A stretch of 64,000 bases of DNA from Candidatus Latescibacterota bacterium (lineage in GTDB: Bacteria > Latescibacterota > UBA2968 > GCA-2709665). Positions 10,538 to 19,434 of the stretch are shown here, one piece after another. The first letter of the stretch is position 1, and every line of letters starts with the position of its first letter. The translations under genes and the position numbers were made by a program. The stretch spans positions 4,512,001-4,576,000 of the forward strand of contig OZ242180.1 in assembly GCA_965205485.1 (NCBI GenBank). The letters run 5' to 3'. The notes under the pieces were generated by a model, which was given only the letters and a program-made list of their open reading frames with translations, was not told the DNA's origin and searched no databases.

Positions 10538-11767
10538 ATGCCGTCGATCGCACGATTTTCATTCTCTCTTCAGCTCGCCATGCTGCTTTTGTGCGTCTTC
10601 AATTGTGGTGAAGAGACGCCCGTCGATTCAAAAGACGAACCCGAAAGCTCCGGCGGCCGGACGTTCAGGACCATCCTCCAGGACAACTCGGGGCGCGGCG
10701 CCGACTCCAGCCGGATCAGCTCGGTCGAATTCACCGGGCGCAATTTCCTGAACCCCCTGACGTTTCCTCACGACAGAATCGAGAGCGTTTACGAAAAAGA
10801 CGCAACCCGCGCCCTGATCGACCCGCGGTTCGTTCCGTTCGCATCCGCGGAGGCTCAATATCTTTCAGATGACGACCTGGTCATCGGCGTGCGCCTCAAC
10901 GGCGTCTCCAAAGCCTATCCCCACAAGATGGTGTGGTACCATCTGATCGTCAACGACCGGATTGGCGGGCAACCCATAGCGGTAACGTTCTCGCCGTTAA
11001 CCGGCAGCGGCATTGTATTCGCGGCGTGGAGCGGCGGTGCAATCAACCGGCTGAAGTTCGGCGCGTCCGGAGAACTCTTCAACAACAACCTGATCATGTA
11101 CGATCTGAACGACGACCAGATTCGCTATCCACAGATGACCCACACGGGCATCTCGGGCGTCAGGGCGGGATGGGTATTGAATACGCCGCCCTTCGTGGAA
11201 ACCACGTGGCGATACTGGAAACAGCTCCATCCGGACACGTTCGTCATCAGCATCAACACGCCGGGCGCCTATGACGCAAGCGAATATGACGTATACCCTT
11301 ACGGAATATACCGGGATCCCGATTCCGCGCCAAAGTTCCAGGTGTTCCCGCGCCTTGAAGACAATCCGCTCGCAGGTCTGTATTCACCGAAGGAAATGAC
11401 TTTCGGCGTTCGGTTTATCGAAAAACCGAAAGCATATCCCGCGTCGGCGCTGGGTGACGAGGCGGTGATCAACGACACCCTGGCGGGGAGAAACATCGTT
11501 GTGGTATGGTATGGCGCCGAACAGATGGCTGTCGCCTTCAGTCGGGACTACGGACAGCAGACTCTGGTCTTCGACCGGATTCCGTCGGCGTCTCAGACGT
11601 ATCCCTTTATGCTGCGGGACCGGGAGACGCTCACCACCTGGGACTTGAAGGGGCGGGCGATTGCGGGCCCACTGAAGGACAGCGTTCTGCAGCAGGTCCC
11701 CGGGCACAGCGCGTTCTGGTTTGCCTGGATTACATTCTGGCAGGACACGGAAGTGTATGAAGATTAG
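10538..11767 (+). CDS. DUF3179 family lipoprotein (paralog of 6623-7792)
   Basis: KAYPH...H.IVND, SPLTGS, GASG.L.NNNL.MYD, FWFAW; collinear with the first copy; signal ending VFNC. Confidence 0.8.
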   Translation: MPSIARFSFSLQLAMLLLCVFNCGEETPVDSKDEPESSGGRTFRTILQDNSGRGADSSRISSVEFTGRNFLNPLTFPHDRIESVYEKDATRALIDPRFVPFASAEAQYLSDDDLVIGVRLNGVSKAYPHKMVWYHLIVNDRIGGQPIAVTFSPLTGSGIVFAAWSGGAINRLKFGASGELFNNNLIMYDLNDDQIRYPQMTHTGISGVRAGWVLNTPPFVETTWRYWKQLHPDTFVISINTPGAYDASEYDVYPYGIYRDPDSAPKFQVFPRLEDNPLAGLYSPKEMTFGVRFIEKPKAYPASALGDEAVINDTLAGRNIVVVWYGAEQMAVAFSRDYGQQTLVFDRIPSASQTYPFMLRDRETLTTWDLKGRAIAGPLKDSVLQQVPGHSAFWFAWITFWQDTEVYED

Positions 11768-11768
11768 C

Positions 11769-12368
11769 TCACGTCGCCAGGTACAGGGCGACAACAACCC
11801 ATACCACGAGAAAGCCTGTCCCGCAGCCCGCCACGACCTCAGGCAGAGAGTGTGCACCCAGAACCATGCGCGCCCACGAAACCGCCAGTGGAACGGGCAG
11901 CCAGTACAGGACCGATGGCCCGATCAGATGATGGAGCATTGCCAGCGGACCGAACGCGCCCGCGCCGTGAAGGCTGATCTTCCATCGCGTGTTCGCCGCG
12001 GCGGCCAGCAGCCCCAACACGACGTAACTGAGCAAAAAAGCGCTCAACGGCGGCGGCGCGCCGGAGGCGCGCAGCAGGATGAATCCCGCAAAACAACTCG
12101 TGGAACTCACCAGGAGCGGAATCAGCCGGCGGGACCGAGCCGCGATATAGAATCCGTCCACCTTCCTGCGCGCGACGAGGAAACCCACGTACAGCAGAGG
12201 GAGACAGGTTGCGAATATCAAGCAGATACCCAGCCACCATATGCGATGGTTCGGAGGCGCCGGGATCCTTGAAATCAACAGGATCGACACACCGCCCGCC
12301 GCGAGCGGGGGGCTGAATATCGCCGATATTATCCTCGCGACAGCCCGCTGAGCGTTGAATTGGGTCAT
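11769..12368 (-). CDS. Multi-pass membrane protein, PAP2-like
   Basis: Several TM helices; KISLH and W.R..LGAHS.EV..G motifs. Confidence 0.65.
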   Translation of the reverse strand: MTQFNAQRAVARIISAIFSPPLAAGGVSILLISRIPAPPNHRIWWLGICLIFATCLPLLYVGFLVARRKVDGFYIAARSRRLIPLLVSSTSCFAGFILLRASGAPPPLSAFLLSYVVLGLLAAAANTRWKISLHGAGAFGPLAMLHHLIGPSVLYWLPVPLAVSWARMVLGAHSLPEVVAGCGTGFLVVWVVVALYLAT

Positions 12369-12498
12369 TGGGCCTCGCAAAAAACACACAACGCGGGGAA
12401 GACCCCGCTCAAAATGCACCCATGCGACGCGACAATATACGTATTGAATGCTCGAAATCCCGTCTCTTTCTCGTCAGACGGGATGCCGGTGTTGCGGC

Positions 12499-12527
12499 TT
12501 GACACAGCCGGCCATATGTTCTATACT
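12499..12527 (+). promoter_or_regulatory. sigma70-type promoter TTGACA-17-TATACT
   Basis: Near-consensus match upstream of MITE and CDS at 12805. Confidence 0.7.
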
Positions 12528-12592
12528 GACCAGGAGTTGATTACCGACGCGGGGAGTCGGTTTTTTCGTTTTTGCGCACCGTTCAGGCTTTA

Positions 12593-12780
12593 GAAGCTGT
12601 CTTAAAATTCCCGGCGGTCTTCGCACGGCTGCAAAAGCGCCGGTCGGCGTTGGTCAAACCCACCCAAGAGTGGCGAGGGGCGCGCAGCCACGATACATTG
12701 AATATGGGCGGATCTGCCCTCCTTGACCGCCGCATTTTCGCTCGTGCTCGCGAACTCACCGGTAATTTTAAAACATCTTC
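12593..12780. mobile_element. MITE family A copy 1 (IS5-like TIRs)
   Basis: TIRs GAAGCTGTCTTAAAATT / AATTTTAAAACATCTTC; flanks TTA/TCA; homologous to four other copies. Confidence 0.8.
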
Positions 12781-12804
12781 TCAGGAACGCAGAACCCAGG
12801 GTGA

Positions 12805-15360
12805 ATGATGAAGTTGCGAGCCGTACTCAGCCTCCAGCCCACCAGAAGGCTCCACGGGATCGCCGCTGCAAACGGCCTGACGATTCAACCCGGCGCCAAC
12901 AAGACGGTGATGATCGACACGCTGTGTCGTCATCTTTCCAACCCGTCGGTGGTCCGCAAAAACCTGGATGTGCTTGAGCGCCAACACAGGGAATTTGTCG
13001 TCGATCTGGCCGCGGAGGGAGGCGAGCTACTCAAGGAAGACGCCATAGACGAGTTGGGGGCGGGATTCACCCACCGCTTCCAGACCATGCAGGACACGGT
13101 CTCGGAAGTCGGCCTGGTCTTTGAAGATGCCGAAACACTGGGGACAGGCGTCACCCTCGTGGGTATACCGGAACCGATCCTGAAGGCCATTCCCCTGCCG
13201 GCCAGTGATCAGGGAAGGCTCCGCCGCCTGATGCAGTCGCGGTCGATCGGGCTTCTTCGCGCATTCGCGAACGAACTGGGCTGCCCGGTTGAAGATTCCC
13301 GACGCGCTTTTTTGGCGCGCACCATCCGCAACAGACTGCTGGACCCGGAGTATCTGAAAGCCTACATTGCAAGCCTGCCGGAAACGAAGAGAACCATTCT
13401 CGATCACGCCATGGCCGGTAATGCCGTCACGCAGGCCGAAATCCTCAGCGCCATGGGCGAAGACGGACTGCGTGCGCTCGATGAAATGGTATGGAAGACG
13501 CCCCTGTTCTACCATTCGACGGATCGACTCCTGGCCGATACACACATGCATCTGGCTACAGATCTGAAGCCGGCAATGCAGGCTCTGGGCGACCGGATCG
13601 ATGACGCGTTCGAGAAAAACGTGGTGAGCTCCGGGCCGGACCCCTCTTTGACAAGGGAGCAGACGTCCTTATTGGTACCCAATCTGTGTACCCTTCTCGG
13701 ATTTGTCGAGCAGCGCAGGCCGCGAGTTTTGAAACAGGGCGGCGTTTCCAGGGCACGGCTCCGGGATGTGAGAAAATACTACCGGGGCGACATCGATCCG
13801 GGTTATTCCGAGTTCCTGCTGCTGTTTGCCGAAACGACCGGATTCATCCGGCGGGATGCCGGTACATGGCGTCTCGCCGGTGACGTCGCCGACCGGCTCT
13901 CCAGTGTGTTCGACGTACGCAATGAGTTCTTCACGCTCTGGCGGGAGACCGACCGCTGGAATGAATGGACCGCGGAACGATCCGGCACGCGGGTACGCAA
14001 CAGGACCGACACGCTCAGAGCGCTTCGCCAAGACCTGCTGGACTGCCTTGCCAGTTGTCCCGAGGACAGCTGGATATCCTATCCCCGGTTCTACACGTTG
14101 CTGACGCGCCGGTCCGAATCTTTCGCCCACCTCGACGGCCATCCGCCGGCAGCGCGAGACCCTGTCGGCGGCGGCGGAGACGAACTGCTCAGACGCATTC
14201 TCGTTTCCGCGCTGACATGGATGGGCATTGTCGCCCTTGGGAATCCCGACGCTTTCAGCGAGCCACTCCAGCCGGACCACCGCGGAGTCTTCAAACTCAC
14301 CGGACCCGGCGCGGCGCTCATCCATGGACGCGAGCCCGTGAGTTCCAACGGAGAAACGTCGACGCGCCGCAACGGACGGTTTATCCTGCAACCAAACCTT
14401 GAAATCCTCTCGCCGCCGGACCTGTCGTTCGCCCTGTACATGCGTCTGTTCGCCATTGCGGAACTCAAGGAAGTTGACGTACTGTCAAGATTCCGGGTGT
14501 CGCCGCAGACTGTCCACCAGGCCATGAGCAGGGGATGGGACGGAGCTTCGCTCAGGACGTTCTTTCTGACCCACAGCGCCACCGGATTGCCGGAAATGGT
14601 GGACGCCCTGATCCAGGAGTGCGAACGCAAACACGGCGAAATCGAAATCGCGCCGGCCTCCGGCTATCTGGTCAGCGAACGACCCGAACTGCTGGACGAA
14701 CTCCTGGTACAGAAAAAGGTTGCATCCCTTCTCGGCGTTCGGCTTTCGCCAACGTCGGCCGCACTCGACCCGTCGACGCGCATCGACGAACTTGTGGATG
14801 CCCTGAACAGGCGAGGCTATATGCCGAACGTGGCCGGCGGAAAGCCCGACGATGAACCGCACAACATTGCGCTGAAACGTTCGGAACTGCTGCAACTGGC
14901 GGGACTGCTTGAGTCCGCCGTACATTCTTGCACCGCTCGTTCGATTCCGCTGCCGGAGGTACTGGAACGCCTCCGGCAACGGGTCCGAAGGTGCCTCCAG
15001 GGCATTCCTGACAGCGAGTGCAGAAGCGCCTTGAACGACTATTGCCGGTCCTTCGAGCCGATGTTCAGAGGCGGGCCGTACGGCGACGACATCCAGGCGT
15101 TCTCGCAGTACGAGGGCGCCAACCCGGCCGTCTGCGAGGGCGATATCAGCCGACTCGTCGAATACGCCATTGAACATCGACTCTGCCTTGAGATCGTCTA
15201 CATGGCCGAACGCAGCGCCAAAGCCACATCCCGTTTCGTTGAGCCGATTCTTGTGGATCGCGGAATGCTATATGGCTTCTGCAGGCACCGCAAGGGCGAA
15301 CGGCCGTTCCGGATCGACAGGATTGAAAGCGCCCGACTGACGATTGCGATATCGGAATGA
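12805..15360 (+). CDS. Helicase-associated (XPB/Ssl2 N-terminal-like, Helicase_C_3) domain protein with C-terminal WYL domain
   Basis: ILQPNLEILSP...FRVSPQTVHQA...G...L..F..HS..GLP..V...I pattern; C-terminal LEIVY...R.VEP...LYGFC..R...R.FRIDRI. Confidence 0.8.
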   Translation: MMKLRAVLSLQPTRRLHGIAAANGLTIQPGANKTVMIDTLCRHLSNPSVVRKNLDVLERQHREFVVDLAAEGGELLKEDAIDELGAGFTHRFQTMQDTVSEVGLVFEDAETLGTGVTLVGIPEPILKAIPLPASDQGRLRRLMQSRSIGLLRAFANELGCPVEDSRRAFLARTIRNRLLDPEYLKAYIASLPETKRTILDHAMAGNAVTQAEILSAMGEDGLRALDEMVWKTPLFYHSTDRLLADTHMHLATDLKPAMQALGDRIDDAFEKNVVSSGPDPSLTREQTSLLVPNLCTLLGFVEQRRPRVLKQGGVSRARLRDVRKYYRGDIDPGYSEFLLLFAETTGFIRRDAGTWRLAGDVADRLSSVFDVRNEFFTLWRETDRWNEWTAERSGTRVRNRTDTLRALRQDLLDCLASCPEDSWISYPRFYTLLTRRSESFAHLDGHPPAARDPVGGGGDELLRRILVSALTWMGIVALGNPDAFSEPLQPDHRGVFKLTGPGAALIHGREPVSSNGETSTRRNGRFILQPNLEILSPPDLSFALYMRLFAIAELKEVDVLSRFRVSPQTVHQAMSRGWDGASLRTFFLTHSATGLPEMVDALIQECERKHGEIEIAPASGYLVSERPELLDELLVQKKVASLLGVRLSPTSAALDPSTRIDELVDALNRRGYMPNVAGGKPDDEPHNIALKRSELLQLAGLLESAVHSCTARSIPLPEVLERLRQRVRRCLQGIPDSECRSALNDYCRSFEPMFRGGPYGDDIQAFSQYEGANPAVCEGDISRLVEYAIEHRLCLEIVYMAERSAKATSRFVEPILVDRGMLYGFCRHRKGERPFRIDRIESARLTIAISE

Positions 15361-15430
15361 TGCGGCGGGGGCGTCCACCGCGGCGCCACAGCCGTGCCGT
15401 ACAGACCCGCGAAAACGGAAGGTGCGCCAC

Positions 15431-15459
15431 TTGACACGCCACACCGCAGAAACTATATT
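15431..15459 (+). promoter_or_regulatory. sigma70-type promoter TTGACA-17-TATATT
   Basis: Near-consensus match. Confidence 0.7.
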
Positions 15460-15555
15460 GCGCAACGCGCATCGACGCGCTTACCGGCATTGGTCTGATG
15501 CCCGTCAACGAACGTGGATCGGGCGGCCTTGCCCTTGACTTTCAGGAATCCCGCT

Positions 15556-16371
15556 ATGCCGCTGAAATACTCCATTCGCGAAAATATGGCGCCTGGGAAT
15601 ACCATTCTGGAGAAATTCCGCAATCTCGCGGAGATCGGCATCGAAGGCATCGAAATCACCACCAGCAGTTCAGCGGCGCACGCAGGCGAGATCCGGAAGG
15701 CCTCCGCGCAAACCGGCGTCACCCCCAACATCTTTTCCATCCGGGGATCGATGGGCCTCCTCGATGCCAGGCTCGAGGAACGCAGGCGGGCGGCGCAAGA
15801 CCTTAAGGACGCGCTCACACTCTGCGGCGACCTGGGCGGCGTCGGGGTTATATTCCCTCCGTTGATCGCGATTAAACTACAGGGTGGCCACCGAATACCT
15901 GACCTGTCCCCGTTTGCGACCACCGCGCGCCTGGAATCGAGGCTGCTCACCGAAATCCTGAAACACGATATCGGTCCGCACGCCGAAGCCTGTGGATGCA
16001 GCGTCATCATCGAACCGCTCAACCGGTATGAACAATGGTGGCCGTGCACCCTCGCGGACGGTCTTGAGATCTGCAATGCCGTCGACAGCCCCGGTGTCAC
16101 TCTCATGGCGGACTTCTTTCACATGAGCATTGAAGAGTCCAATATGGCGGAAGCGATCCGCAACTGCGGATACCGGATCACGAACGTACATCTGGCCGAC
16201 AGCAACCGGGTTCTCCCGGGCTATGGGCATACCGACTTCACGCCCGCCCTGAAGGCCCTGGAAGATGTCGGTTACGGGTATTTCAGCGGTTTCGAATGCG
16301 CCATCCCGCCCGGAAGCGACCCCAAAGCTGAACTCAGGAAGTCCATGGACTATCTCGACGGTCTCCGATAG
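15556..16371 (+). CDS. Sugar phosphate isomerase/epimerase family (ketose 3-epimerase-like)
   Basis: IEPLNRYE, DFFHMSIEE, VHLADSNR..PG.GH.DF motifs. Confidence 0.87.
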   Translation: MPLKYSIRENMAPGNTILEKFRNLAEIGIEGIEITTSSSAAHAGEIRKASAQTGVTPNIFSIRGSMGLLDARLEERRRAAQDLKDALTLCGDLGGVGVIFPPLIAIKLQGGHRIPDLSPFATTARLESRLLTEILKHDIGPHAEACGCSVIIEPLNRYEQWWPCTLADGLEICNAVDSPGVTLMADFFHMSIEESNMAEAIRNCGYRITNVHLADSNRVLPGYGHTDFTPALKALEDVGYGYFSGFECAIPPGSDPKAELRKSMDYLDGLR

Positions 16372-16421
16372 GATTCTCCGTTTCTATCACACTGACAACT
16401 CCCGACACACCGGAGCCACCA

Positions 16422-16832
16422 ATGGACCACCCATCGGAAAAAAGCCTGAAGCGTATGTGGGTCTACTTCGAGAAATACTGCGAGAAAACCGGTACGACAG
16501 GTCATCCCGACCAGGGCATCACGGAAGCGGTCGTCAACGGTCTTGCGGCCCACGTCGATGAGTTCGGGCGTCCATTGTGCCCGTGCAACTTCTATCCGGA
16601 CAAAAAAGCGGAATTGGAACGCAGCAGGGAATGGATCTGCGCCTGCGACGAGATGAAAATCTACAAATACTGCCATTGCCTGCTTTTTGTCACCCCCGAA
16701 GGCCTGCCCGTCACCGAATACCTGCCGGAAGGACACGAAGGCCGGGAGTCCTACGGACTGGTAAAGGATCCTACCCCCGACAAGGGCCGGGAATCCCGCC
16801 GCCGCGCCGCCGAGAAAGAGTCCGGTAAGTGA
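16422..16832 (+). CDS. Ferredoxin-thioredoxin reductase catalytic-subunit-like protein
   Basis: GLA.H....G.PLCPC, W.CAC.EM, CHCLLF motifs. Confidence 0.88.
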   Translation: MDHPSEKSLKRMWVYFEKYCEKTGTTGHPDQGITEAVVNGLAAHVDEFGRPLCPCNFYPDKKAELERSREWICACDEMKIYKYCHCLLFVTPEGLPVTEYLPEGHEGRESYGLVKDPTPDKGRESRRRAAEKESGK

Positions 16833-16873
16833 AAGCCTGACCCGCGCCCTTGCCGGTCCACGGCAGAACCCGA

Positions 16874-17776
16874 TCAGGATTCGGTCACGAATGCGCCCGA
16901 AAGCGAATCGGCCGGGAGTTCTGCCAGAAAAACCATCTCGTCTTCCACGTCTTGCATCAACAGCATCCGCAGGTGCGAATCGTCAGCCGCGTTGCGCGCC
17001 ATCCCCTTCGCCTTTGCCATCACCTTGTCGCGCGCCCAGGCCGCCATGCCTTCCGGTCCGAGACAGTCGGTTTCGAATGCCGATATCTCGCGTGAGCCGG
17101 GGACAAGTGTGTCGAGGTCCAGCGCCAGCGCCAGGATCAGATGTCGAACGAAATCGCTGAACCCGCACTCGTTCACTGCCTCGGCAAAGGGCTGCAGAAC
17201 GGACGACGGAAGAAGCCGGATGAAGCTCACGCGTGCGTGCAGTTCCTGAAACCTGGCGTAATCCTTCAGCGGGTCCACGTGGTCTTCGTCTTCGTCCTCC
17301 CCAGCGGCAACCATCCAGGTCTCCGGCACCACGCGGGACCAGCGCTCGATTTGAGAGGCGTAGTCACGCAATAGCCGCGACTCCGGCCTTCCCGGGATCG
17401 AGCGGCATACGCGAACCATCTCCTCAAGACGCACGAACGCTTCCTCCCAACCCCGTTTTCGGATTTTCTCGAAATCGCCTTCGGCCAGCAGGTCCACGCC
17501 CCGGTTGAGATCCTGCTCCGAGATCATGGTCAGGCCCAGTTCGAGGCTGATCAGCGCCTTGCCCACCCCCTGCTCCAGAACATCCCGTGATACGGTGATC
17601 CCGGTCCGGTACCGCTGGCCGAATCTCAATCCCGTTGTACGCAGATAGGCCAGCAGAACGTCGGGTGTTCGTGCGGACAGTCTTCCATACTTGACCCCCA
17701 GGGCGATAGCCTGTCCCAGGTACCCCTCCGATTCGACCCTGAGTTTATCGAAATCAACGCCTGTCGGAAGTTTCAT
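16874..17776 (-). CDS. Hypothetical all-helical protein (possibly DUF6178-like C-terminal half)
   Basis: About 300 aa from ATG 17776, overlapping the upstream gene; SLELGL...D..R...LL pattern. Confidence 0.6.
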   Translation of the reverse strand: MKLPTGVDFDKLRVESEGYLGQAIALGVKYGRLSARTPDVLLAYLRTTGLRFGQRYRTGITVSRDVLEQGVGKALISLELGLTMISEQDLNRGVDLLAEGDFEKIRKRGWEEAFVRLEEMVRVCRSIPGRPESRLLRDYASQIERWSRVVPETWMVAAGEDEDEDHVDPLKDYARFQELHARVSFIRLLPSSVLQPFAEAVNECGFSDFVRHLILALALDLDTLVPGSREISAFETDCLGPEGMAAWARDKVMAKAKGMARNAADDSHLRMLLMQDVEDEMVFLAELPADSLSGAFVTES

Positions 17777-18773
17777 TCGACCGCTCCAACGTGTCTGCTT
17801 GCCGCGTCTGCTCTTCTTGCCCCTTATTCCTTCCTTCATCTTCGGCGGCGGCCCGTTCCCAGGCGGCGCGTACAATCCCGGATAGCAGTTCCGGTGCCGC
17901 CTCAAAAAGCGCGTCGAGAACGCTGCCAGTTTCCAGATCGTCGATATACGCACTGGGACGGGTCCCGCCCAGGCCCTCCGTGGAAAACAGCCGGAAACGA
18001 TATATCGGAGGAGCGCCGGGAAAACCGACGATCTCGTTCAGCTTGAGATGTTCAAGACGGTCCAGCAGTGCGTCCGCCAGAAGTGCGGGATCCGCGGCGC
18101 GCAGCAACTCCGCCCTGCGGTCGAACTCACGAAGCGTCGCGAGGGCCTGAAGCCACTCCCAGGACACCCGAGTGCGCAATTCGGGACTGTCTACCCGGTC
18201 CAGTGTCTCTGCCATCGTGCTTTTCAGGACGGCGGGGGACATCGCCCGGATCAGTTCCGTATTGAACTTTCGTTCGGCGGGGTCTATTGAAATCAGGCTT
18301 CCCAGCGTCTCGGCGGGCAGCAGTTCCACAACCCCGGGGCTGTAGCCCGGAACGCCGGAACTGTCGGCCCCTGTCATCGAGAGCATCTCCTCCGGCGCTT
18401 CGCTCATCGCCACCAGCGCGGCCTGCGCTTCCACGGGAAGCGACTGCACCAGCGTTCGAGCCTGTTCGGCTTCACCTCGCGCCAGAAGCCCCCGCACCTC
18501 GCTTTCGCGACCGACCAGGTCGATGAGACGGCCGGACCAGTCCCCGGCCGAGACCAGGTCTCCCTTGACCTCCACTGAATCACGCGCGGCCGTTTCAGTG
18601 GCGCCGCGTTGCGGTTCGTTACCATCCTCCTCGGTCGGAATCCGCAATTCCCGCTGCTGCTGGCACCGCAGGCACGTCGACACACCGGGCATTTCCGACC
18701 TGCGTACCGCAGGAATCCTTGCACCGCAGACTCGACAATATTCCCCGCGACGATTGACCGGTTTCTGTTCCAT
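17754..18773 (-). CDS. DksA/TraR-type C4 zinc finger fused to helical domain
   Basis: YCRVCGARIP..R...PG..TCLRCQ motif at N-terminus. Confidence 0.7.
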   Translation of the reverse strand: MEQKPVNRRGEYCRVCGARIPAVRRSEMPGVSTCLRCQQQRELRIPTEEDGNEPQRGATETAARDSVEVKGDLVSAGDWSGRLIDLVGRESEVRGLLARGEAEQARTLVQSLPVEAQAALVAMSEAPEEMLSMTGADSSGVPGYSPGVVELLPAETLGSLISIDPAERKFNTELIRAMSPAVLKSTMAETLDRVDSPELRTRVSWEWLQALATLREFDRRAELLRAADPALLADALLDRLEHLKLNEIVGFPGAPPIYRFRLFSTEGLGGTRPSAYIDDLETGSVLDALFEAAPELLSGIVRAAWERAAAEDEGRNKGQEEQTRQADTLERSNETSDRR

Positions 18774-18860
18774 GCGCAACCTCCGCGCAGACACGGAAAG
18801 TTCTCCCCTGCAACCGCAGGTAGAGATGGTCCAGGAAAGTGAACGAACCGTCTGAGGACA

Positions 18861-18951
18861 AAATTACAGGACAGAAACAAAAAAGTCAATATAAAATTTT
18901 GTTTTTAAAGGATTTAAATTTATTGACTTCATGGTGGCAATTTGCTATATT
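18861..18951. promoter_or_regulatory. Back-to-back sigma70 promoters (- strand TTGACT-17-TAATTT; + strand TTGACT-17-TATATT)
   Basis: 9-bp inverted repeat AAGTCAATA/TATTGACTT carrying both -35 boxes, AT-rich spacer. Confidence 0.65.
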
Positions 18952-19093
18952 TATACCCGCAAACGGGCCGAGCCTGCTGCGCGTATCGGCCTTGTTTTGC
19001 TTTGTAAGCGGCATCCGGCAGACCGCATCAATGCAAAACCGACCCGCCATTCATCCCGAAGAGCCGGCGAAACCGGTGTTTAACCACGATTAA

Positions 19094-19284
19094 CCTTGAT
19101 TCCTAAGTCTTCGGGGACGTTAATTCGAATATGTGCTTGTAAATAAAGGCGATTAGACGGCGGATTTCCAGGATACACCAGGTCACTGGAGGTGAACCGA
19201 AAAAGCGTCCTTCTAAACGTCGACATCGCCCTGTTTCGGAGGGTTTTATCGCGTCGCCGCGTTGCTGTTTTTGCGGAATTAAGG
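19094..19284 (+). mobile_element. Candidate IS1380-like MITE (family C)
   Basis: Ends CCTTGATTCC / GGAATTAAGG (9/10 inverted match); flanks TTAA/TCAA; lower GC than surroundings. Confidence 0.45.
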
Positions 19285-19434
19285 TCAATTATCCCTTGAC
19301 AGAATGAAGCGGCCCGCTGTAATTTCCGCCGTCAGTATACAGGCCCCTGTTCGACCGGGACGAGGTAGACCGGGCAAATCGCCGTCCGGATCGAGTTCCG
19401 CCGCAAATCCCCGTCAGGATACCACGCCAGTTCT

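Noticed and set aside
6623..11767. Selenocysteine (UGA) readthrough in the DUF3179 genes
   Set aside because: Both ORFs are uninterrupted through the motif; no in-frame TGA
12572..12808. Short mutually similar ORFs at 12572, 28911, 38096, 39185 and 61715
   Set aside because: They are translations of MITE family A copies, not a protein family
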